From NCBI GenBank assembly GCA_000146465.1, contig CP001947.1: a stretch of DNA of 64,000 nucleotides. One strand, written 5' to 3'. Shown here piece by piece: positions 48,275-55,614 of the stretch (the first letter of the stretch is position 1; every line of letters starts with the position of its first letter). The position numbers and the translations under genes were made by a program. The notes under the pieces were generated by a model. That model was not told where the DNA came from. It worked only from the letters and a program-made list of their open reading frames with translations, and searched no databases.

Positions 48275-49579
48275 TTATTTACTACTCTTCTTTCTCCTGC
48301 TTATTCTTCTCCCCTTCGAATGCTTTCCTCCGCAGTATTTCTCTTTCTTGTCTCTCCCTCCCTTCATCGATTCCACTCTCTCCTCCTTGCTTGCCTTCCG
48401 CCGGATAAACTCAAGATTCCTCCCGCAATACTTCCTGTGTCTCATCACATTGACAACAGACATGTATCCATAAGATATGCTCTTGCTCTTCGATCCCTTG
48501 AAACATTCTATATACTTTGAAATCCTTTCTTTCATCCTATCAACCACTCCGTCTTCTTTTTTTTCGTTCCGCTCTCCGTCCTCGCTGATGGAAAGGGACT
48601 GTGTCTCCGAGTCTTCTTTTCCGCCCCCTTCGTCTCTCAGTCTTGCTGCTTCTGGATCAAACTTGCAATATATCTCCCTCAGCATGTTCAATCCATACAC
48701 TACAAAGTCGTCGTCCTTGAACTCAGAGCACAGCGAGTTTCCTACAACATCGATCACTCGAAGAACATCTTGCACAGTCACCTCCTCCACAATGATCTCC
48801 ATCAAGTCCTTGATATCGCTTTTTTCGGGGTTTAGCATTCCCATTGCTACACGTGCAACTGAGGCTTTCAGCCCATATCTGCTCCGGAACAAAACATAGA
48901 TCTTCATTTTCATGATCTTCTCTTCTCTCTCCATCATATTTTCCTGAAGATTTGCAAATAGCATCTTTCCAAATCTTGACGCCTCCGCACTAAGTAACTC
49001 CATGGCCTTCTTTCCCTCCTCTTCAAAGTCTATCTGGTCCAGAAAGTACATTCTGCAGATCTTTCCCACTTTTCCATCTGCAAAGAGCCCTTCACACACT
49101 TCCTTCTCGAGAACACCACACCCCTTTCTAAACAGATATACAACCAGATAGTAGCAGAAGCTCCTTTGCTTGTCTGTTCCCTTTTTGTAGTACTCTAAAA
49201 TACATGGAACCTCCTCTTCCGAGACAAGACTCCTTATCCTCTTCAGAACCGACTTGGGGTCTGGATGGTGCTCCATGAGGTTCTTGAGGAGCTGCTCCCC
49301 GCTTACTAGTCCTCTTCTCCGAAGCCTAAAGAGACTCTCAACAACAGTTCGCTTTATTTTGTGGCACTTGATGGTCTCCACACTTGAAACAAGAGTCTCC
49401 GAAAGCCTTTTGTCGATTGTAGGGAAAGCAAGAAGAAATGAAAGAGTCTGCCGGATAGTCTTCCCCGGTTGCTTTGGGAGCCTCACAAGAGAGCTAAACA
49501 GCTCGAGCTGTCTTCCATACTCCTCCACATAGTTCTCTGGGCATTTTTCCAGCCCAACCATCACTTGGTAGATATCCAT
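48275..49579 (-). CDS. hypothetical protein (434 aa) with a highly basic C-terminal tail, possibly a nucleolar/ribosome-biogenesis factor
   Basis: A helical body with a C-terminal KR-rich tail (RRKASKEERVESMKGGRDKKEKYCGGKHSKGRRISRRKKSSK). Confidence 0.4.
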   Translation of the reverse strand: MDIYQVMVGLEKCPENYVEEYGRQLELFSSLVRLPKQPGKTIRQTLSFLLAFPTIDKRLSETLVSSVETIKCHKIKRTVVESLFRLRRRGLVSGEQLLKNLMEHHPDPKSVLKRIRSLVSEEEVPCILEYYKKGTDKQRSFCYYLVVYLFRKGCGVLEKEVCEGLFADGKVGKICRMYFLDQIDFEEEGKKAMELLSAEASRFGKMLFANLQENMMEREEKIMKMKIYVLFRSRYGLKASVARVAMGMLNPEKSDIKDLMEIIVEEVTVQDVLRVIDVVGNSLCSEFKDDDFVVYGLNMLREIYCKFDPEAARLRDEGGGKEDSETQSLSISEDGERNEKKEDGVVDRMKERISKYIECFKGSKSKSISYGYMSVVNVMRHRKYCGRNLEFIRRKASKEERVESMKGGRDKKEKYCGGKHSKGRRISRRKKSSK

Positions 49580-49720
49580 ATTATCGGGTCAAAAATTTTA
49601 GTCTTAAGTTGGCATACCTCGGACTTCGATCTTTGGCCTAACGTCGCCTCCTCGGCCTCTTACTTCCTTCCTTCCTGAAACATCAATAAAACCTTGTCTA
49701 AACATTGGAGGCAACAGCAG

Positions 49721-50995
49721 ATGCCTCTGGTCGATTTCATTGCAACCTTCTATAAAAAGAACAACATCCTTTACGATACCTTTGTAGGTGCATGGCTTGA
49801 GCTCAAGGAATGCAAAAACATAGAGAGAAACCTTGCACGTCTTCTCAAATGCCTCAGACATGAACAGACGAGCCAGGCAAGCTACAGATGTCTTGAATAT
49901 TTTGTGGAAAATGAAATGGCCGATTTCATATACAGATTGAGAGACATCGAAGAAAACCAGGCTGCCATGGATTTTCTTACTGACCTTATTTCCATTCTTC
50001 CTGCCAAATATTTCCCAAGATTCAACAACTTCCTTGATATGGTGTTCGCATCTGAACACACCGACGGTCTGGCACTGGCTCTAGCATATTCAGAAAGAAC
50101 CATTGTTCTTGGCTGCAGGATAAGAACATCTCTCGTAAACTACTCCTTGAGGTTCTTTTTTGATCCAGGTCTACATGGGGACTATTCCAGAGCATGCATT
50201 GTATATCTCATATGCTCTAAAAGAGCTCTTGACCATCTCAGGTCCATGGAATTCATCCAAGCCGTCATAAGAAGGACAAATAGAATATACCTCGACTTGG
50301 AAAAAACCATGCCACTTTATCTGTCTCTTCTGAACTTCATTTCATATTATGCAAGAAAGGAAATCGATCTGTATAAAGAAGAAATTGACGCCGCTCTCGG
50401 TAGCCAAGAAGGAACTTTAGATCCAAAGAAGATAAGGACTCATCCAACAACAAGTCCTCTACTCCCCCCAAGAAGCAACCAATCCTCCGCAGAGCTATGT
50501 TCTGCCCTTCATCTCCTCGAGTTCCCCCACATGCATCCCGTCTCCATATACATAGAAATCCTGGAGAGTACTGGGTCGTCCAATATAAGGGCATCGCTCA
50601 TCGAATCTATCCTAGCAGACATAGATTCTGTAGATGACCCAGGGAAATTCATAAGATTCTGTGCGGAGAACCACCCAGGTCTCTTGGCCCCTTATCTCAT
50701 TAGAAACGGCGGAGAAGACTGGTCTCCCATTGTTGTGCTCAGGAGAGTTATGGAAATGAAAAGAGAGAGGTCCTGCATCACAATCCCCTACGTATGCCAT
50801 GTCAATCGCCACAAATCCTCCATAATCGATTTCCTTGTTGAAAAAAACATTTGCGACGACCTGGTGTTCTTGTTCATCTGGGTTGTATCTAAGGAAACAT
50901 TCCTTTCTCATTTCGGAAGGATCCAAGAGATGTTCAAAGCCCACAAGACATTCTGGGCCAATCTATGGAACCTGATCCTCTCCCTCCCTGCCTAA
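49721..50995 (+). CDS. hypothetical helical protein (~424 aa)
   Basis: The start is the first ATG after a TTG at 49694. All-alpha. No domain recognised. Confidence 0.4.
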   Translation: MPLVDFIATFYKKNNILYDTFVGAWLELKECKNIERNLARLLKCLRHEQTSQASYRCLEYFVENEMADFIYRLRDIEENQAAMDFLTDLISILPAKYFPRFNNFLDMVFASEHTDGLALALAYSERTIVLGCRIRTSLVNYSLRFFFDPGLHGDYSRACIVYLICSKRALDHLRSMEFIQAVIRRTNRIYLDLEKTMPLYLSLLNFISYYARKEIDLYKEEIDAALGSQEGTLDPKKIRTHPTTSPLLPPRSNQSSAELCSALHLLEFPHMHPVSIYIEILESTGSSNIRASLIESILADIDSVDDPGKFIRFCAENHPGLLAPYLIRNGGEDWSPIVVLRRVMEMKRERSCITIPYVCHVNRHKSSIIDFLVEKNICDDLVFLFIWVVSKETFLSHFGRIQEMFKAHKTFWANLWNLILSLPA

Positions 50996-51024
50996 CTTAT
51001 TCTTATGTAAGCCGATGACCCCAT

Positions 51025-51768
51025 ATGAAGGACAGCACTGATTTTACTGAGACGGAAGCATATTCAAAGATATACAACTTCATTCTGATGGTCGACGACT
51101 CAATCAAAAACTCGGAACAGAGACGAAGCGAGCATCATATGTCCATTCTTGCAAACATCTTCGAGATTGTAGACAGCACAGAGAAGGATCCGTCTCCACA
51201 GAGGTATGCAAACATGGCTGCCAAAACCGTATTCCAAAGAATATGCGGTGCATATGACGACGAACATCTCAAAAACTCATTTGGAAACCAGATAAGATTG
51301 GACTATGGCACCGGCCATGAGCTGAACTTCCTGTGCTACCTCTACACTCACCATTGTAGAGGAGACATCAGCCTCGACTGTGTATTTACCACCCTTGTAA
51401 GATACTTCGAGGTTGTCAGGCTCTTTGTATCAAAATTCAATCTGGAGCCGGCCGGAAGTCATGGAATATGGGGTCTGGACGACTATCAATTTCTGCCCTT
51501 CCTCTTTGGGTCTTCTGAGCTCTGCAACACAAGGCTCAGATTCGACGAGCTCAACGACTCCATGTGCTACTTTGTTGCAGTCAAGAAGAAGTTGGGAGGC
51601 ACCTCTCAAATCCTCAACAGCATCATGGATAAGGACTGGCCAAAAGTCAACAGGGGAATGATTAGGATGTACGATGACCATGTGCTCAGAAGAAGCGTTG
51701 TGACACAGCACTTCATCTATGGAGAATACCTCAAGAAGGACAGAAGTCTAGCCACTAAAGAACTCTGA
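51025..51768 (+). CDS. RRD1: serine/threonine-protein phosphatase 2A activator (PTPA/Rrd)
   Basis: PTPA signatures: RLDYGTGHELNFLCYLY and GSHGIWGLDDYQFLPFLFGSSEL. The ATG is preceded by CCCC. Confidence 0.85.
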   Translation: MKDSTDFTETEAYSKIYNFILMVDDSIKNSEQRRSEHHMSILANIFEIVDSTEKDPSPQRYANMAAKTVFQRICGAYDDEHLKNSFGNQIRLDYGTGHELNFLCYLYTHHCRGDISLDCVFTTLVRYFEVVRLFVSKFNLEPAGSHGIWGLDDYQFLPFLFGSSELCNTRLRFDELNDSMCYFVAVKKKLGGTSQILNSIMDKDWPKVNRGMIRMYDDHVLRRSVVTQHFIYGEYLKKDRSLATKEL

Positions 51769-51805
51769 AACTCACATAGTAACCAAACCACTTTAATTAA
51801 AGTCA

Positions 51806-52786
51806 TCAGAAGTCGACATCTATCCTGAACGAATCATTTCCATTATCTATCCCCACAAATGCCTTCTGGTACTGTGACTCTCTCTTGTCGAAGAAGTTTG
51901 TCTTTCCAACCAAAGAGATGTTCTCCATAAAATCAAACGGGTTGGGAGTATGGTATATCTTCTCCTCCTCAAGATTCTCTAGGAGAGTATCGGCTACAAA
52001 CTCTATATATTTGCACATCAACTGGCAGTTCATCCCTATAAGATCCACTGGAAGACTTTCACTCAGAAACCTCTTTTCAACTTCGACTGCATCCATCACC
52101 ACCTCCTTTACTCGCTTGCACTTCTGTTTCAGGTAACGTCTATGCAAAAGGCATGCAAACTCACAGTGCAGACCCTCGTCCCTGCTTATCAGCTCGTTCG
52201 AAAACGTTAGTCCAGGCATCAGCCCTCTCTTCTTCAGCCAGAATATAGATGCAAATGACCCAGAAAAGAATATACCCTCCACACAGGCAAACGCCACAAG
52301 CCTTGTTGCAAAGTCAGAATTCTTATCCTCAATCCATTTTATTGCCCAATCGGCCTTGTCTTTCACAGAGGGGATAGTTTTGACTGCATTAAAAAGGAAC
52401 TTCTTCTGTTCTCCGTCCCTTACATACGTGTCAATCAGCAGGCTGTACATCTCACTGTGGATGTTCTCAATTGCAATCTGGAACCCATAGAATAGCTTTG
52501 CTTCAAGCATCTTGACCTCGCTGGAGAACCGCTCCACCAGATTCAGATTGACAATTCCATCAGACGCCGCAAAGAATGCAAGAACATTGGAGATAAAGTG
52601 CTTCTCCTTTGGATTTAACTTCTTCCAATCTTCAATGTCTTTGTCGAGGAGAACCTCTTCCACAGTCCAGAACGAGCTTTCAGCCTTCTTGTACATCCTC
52701 CATACATCTTCGTGTTGTATGGGAAAGAGTACAAACCTCTCTTCTTTAGGATCCAATAGTGGCTCAATTTTTTCTTCGCAACTCAT
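51806..52786 (-). CDS. RNR2: ribonucleoside-diphosphate reductase small subunit (R2)
   Basis: Di-iron ligand helices ([10 protein letters not shown]...[23 protein letters not shown]) and a tyrosyl radical site region. The C-terminal tail is present. Confidence 0.9.
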   Translation of the reverse strand: MSCEEKIEPLLDPKEERFVLFPIQHEDVWRMYKKAESSFWTVEEVLLDKDIEDWKKLNPKEKHFISNVLAFFAASDGIVNLNLVERFSSEVKMLEAKLFYGFQIAIENIHSEMYSLLIDTYVRDGEQKKFLFNAVKTIPSVKDKADWAIKWIEDKNSDFATRLVAFACVEGIFFSGSFASIFWLKKRGLMPGLTFSNELISRDEGLHCEFACLLHRRYLKQKCKRVKEVVMDAVEVEKRFLSESLPVDLIGMNCQLMCKYIEFVADTLLENLEEEKIYHTPNPFDFMENISLVGKTNFFDKRESQYQKAFVGIDNGNDSFRIDVDF

Positions 52787-52924
52787 AAGCTATTTGACAG
52801 AATCTGCTTATATACTTTTTTTTGGAGGGAATATCTCCCTCAAAATAATAATCATCTAAATTCAATTTTACAATCCTTGCTCGATCTAATTTCGTCGATC
52901 CCCTCTTGGCATTTGGCTTCACCC

Positions 52925-52963
52925 ACCTAAGCCATGGCGGGAGAGCGGCCCCAGAACCTAAGC
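52925..52963. repeat. 8-bp direct repeat ACCTAAGC flanking a 23-bp GC-rich spacer (CATGGCGGGAGAGCGGCCCCAGA) inside an otherwise AT-rich intergenic region
   Basis: Copies are read at 52925-52932 and 52956-52963. The GC-rich spacer contrasts sharply with the ~25-30 percent GC surroundings. Confidence 0.3.
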
Positions 52964-53064
52964 TAGGAATGACTATTTATTGTAAATAATGTTCCCTATA
53001 AAAGGAACACTGGTATTATTTATATTTACTGCACCCTATATATTATAACTATTATTGAATGTTT

Positions 53065-53717
53065 TTACTCAAGATCAATAAATTCCTTTCTCATGAATGG
53101 TAATATACGTTTTCTCGCATTTGCAAACCAATTATCTATTTGAGACAATTTTAGTCCTGTTTCTTTAGAAAGTATTTTTTTTCTATTTTAGTTGGATAAG
53201 GATTAGAAAGATGCTCCTTTAGCCATCTTCTTAGCATTTTGGACACTTCTCTTGGAAAATTAGCTCTCCTAGAATGAGGACTACTTCCGAGCCAACCATT
53301 AGTTGATGAATTATTTCTTATATAACTCTCATACCTGTATAAATCCCTCTCGTTCATTACATTCATCATATCTATGATGTTGTCCATTTTTCTTTGGAGT
53401 TTGGTGCATTCTGAATCAAATATAGAAACAAGATTTTTTTCAAATAGTAATGCATACTTAAATTTCTCAGCAATTAGAAACAAAGCTAGCTTGTGTGATA
53501 AGTTATTCGGAAAAAAATGTGTATTGGAGCATGTTTCGTAATTTTTCCGAATTTTTAATAGGACTTCCTTCAAATGATGTTCATTTATCATTCCTTGAAA
53601 ATATTGTTCTTTTGCGATTAATATTTGGCCAATATGCTCCACCATATCTAGAAAACTATCGGCATTTAAAACAAAAATTGATAAACTCGTAATTAACGTT
53701 ATAAAAATAATATCCAT
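53065..53717 (-). CDS. TALE-class homeobox gene whose ORF is interrupted by a -1 frameshift in an A8 tract (the ORF-track part is 53151..53717; the homeodomain C-terminal part continues in another frame to the stop at 53065)
   Basis: Frame 1 ends ...RRANFPREVSKMLRRWLKEHLSNPYPTKIEKKYFLKKQD-stop. A second frame reads (R)KKILSKETGLKLSQIDNWFANARKRILPFMRKEFIDLE-stop. Adding one A to the A8 run (minus strand; T8 on plus at 53175-53182) gives a continuous canonical TALE homeodomain: NF...WL..H..NPYP...EK..L...TGL...Q..NWF.N.R.R. Confidence 0.7.
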
Positions 53718-53797
53718 ATCACTTCAGAAGACTATTATAACTTGTCAAACTCATCAAGACAAGATAAAGTATAAAATAAAAAGATATTTTACAAAAT

Positions 53798-55276
53798 ATG
53801 AATTTAGGATGGCTACTGAAGATTCCAATGCGAAAACATTCAAACAGGAAAATAATTGTATATGAAAATAGCATGGCTTCGTTTTACTCTAGGACGTTTG
53901 AAATAATTGAAGAGCATATTTCTACCATATCCAATAATGAACATCATAGAGATGGATTAGTAGAGTATATAGAAATGTTATCATATTTTCAAATCTCTAA
54001 TGAAGATCATGAGAAAAAAGAAGAAATTAATAGACAAAGGCAAAGCTTACTTAAGAAATTTAGATCCCTAACCTTAATTAGTATTTCAAAAGTAGAAAAA
54101 GACAATAGGAAAATATTGAAATCTTATCATGGAGTATTACATCTTTTAGATTTGATTGGTTTTGGTGTAAATCCTTATGAAATGGTTTTAAAAAAATGGT
54201 TAAACACCAATTGTATGATAATTAGTGATGTAGAAAGACATGCCATAAGAGGAAATTTCGAAAAAGTGATCGAAGCATATCCCTATTTAAACGAGGCTAT
54301 TAATAATTATTTAAACTTAAGGAAGACGTCAGGAAATGAATACAGGAAATTATTTGCGTCTTGGAAGATCAAATATTTTAAAATTATTCCCAATAATTTA
54401 AAGGAAATTCTTTTTCATAATATTAACGGGGATGGTATTGACTGGATTGATCATATTTGCTATAAATCGTTTTGTATGAACACACAAAGGAATGGGATCG
54501 ATCTTATAAATAGGGAAGATGAAATCGGAATGATATTAACACATAATTATGATGCACTAATAGAACGTTCTAAAGGATGGATTAGACTAGTATTATTGTT
54601 CGTTTGCCCTCATACAAAATTTGATTTATTTCCAAGAGCATTTGAATCTATCGGGAAATTCCTATATTTATCAGATTATCGCTTATCTTTGAGATTTTTT
54701 TCGTACACAGAGAAACTAATCTTATACTTTAATCACTTTTCCTGTAAGTTTTCTAAAAGTCTTTCGGATTTAGAATTCTTGGTTGAGTATTCCAAAAAAA
54801 ATAATATTAATGGAAATTCTTTGTTAAAAGAGTACTGCCAAAATCTTCTTTCTAATCAAGAGTATTATAATCTTTTTTATGTTATATCTAAATATGAGCT
54901 CTGCGATATAAACATAAATTCCGAGTTTATAGAATTCTGTATTAGAAATACAACAATACTAACTGAAAACTTCACTAAAACATCGTATGGAATTTTTATT
55001 GGAAACTTTAGGAGATTTCTTAGTGGAATAAAAGTTGGTGAAGGTGAAATTATAGCATTGATAAATTCAGATTATTTTTCAGCTCTAGATAGTAGAACAT
55101 TTGAAATAATACTAGAGAACAGATGCATTACTGTGAACATGCTTTATAAGCTTTTAGAAGGAATGTTAAATGTGGAAAGAAAAGGGAAGTCTAATCCCAT
55201 ATTGAAAAGCAAAAAAGCTTTAGTTCTCAATAAGTTAGCGGAATCTACAGGTCTCGGGAAGGACATATCAATTTAA
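53798..55276 (+). CDS. hypothetical protein (492 aa), AT-rich orphan ORF divergent from the TALE homeobox gene
   Basis: The ATG was verified. The composition is Asn/Ile/Lys/Phe/Tyr-rich, reflecting local GC of roughly 28 percent. No recognisable domain; a search for a homeodomain helix-3 was negative. Confidence 0.45.
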   Translation: MNLGWLLKIPMRKHSNRKIIVYENSMASFYSRTFEIIEEHISTISNNEHHRDGLVEYIEMLSYFQISNEDHEKKEEINRQRQSLLKKFRSLTLISISKVEKDNRKILKSYHGVLHLLDLIGFGVNPYEMVLKKWLNTNCMIISDVERHAIRGNFEKVIEAYPYLNEAINNYLNLRKTSGNEYRKLFASWKIKYFKIIPNNLKEILFHNINGDGIDWIDHICYKSFCMNTQRNGIDLINREDEIGMILTHNYDALIERSKGWIRLVLLFVCPHTKFDLFPRAFESIGKFLYLSDYRLSLRFFSYTEKLILYFNHFSCKFSKSLSDLEFLVEYSKKNNINGNSLLKEYCQNLLSNQEYYNLFYVISKYELCDININSEFIEFCIRNTTILTENFTKTSYGIFIGNFRRFLSGIKVGEGEIIALINSDYFSALDSRTFEIILENRCITVNMLYKLLEGMLNVERKGKSNPILKSKKALVLNKLAESTGLGKDISI

Positions 55277-55614
55277 ACTATTAAACTGGTAGTATCAATT
55301 TAAATTACAAATACTTTGGAAATATCTCCTTCTGTTTATTAACTTTTCAAGGGATTGCCGTTTTTTAAAACAAACATATAAGAGTGATGATACATAACTT
55401 CTTTTTGTATTCTTAAGTAAATTCATGTAAAATTTTAGAATAAAATGTCCGAAGATATTTGAGTTCCTATAGCAATAGCAGAAACACACCCTATCTCAAT
55501 TCATTATACTTCCTGGGAATCCATACTTTAAAGATTTAAAGTAAAACTAAAAAGGAAGGGGGTGTTTATTTCAATAGATTAAAATCGAAATATTGTATTT
55601 TTAAACTAAGAGAT

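Noticed and set aside
53798-55276. 492-aa ORF as the typical-homeodomain partner of the TALE gene (classic HD1/HD2 MAT pair)
   Set aside because: A manual scan found no helix-3 signature (WFxNxR) or 60-aa homeodomain-like segment. The closest string, KKWLNTN, has the wrong spacing.
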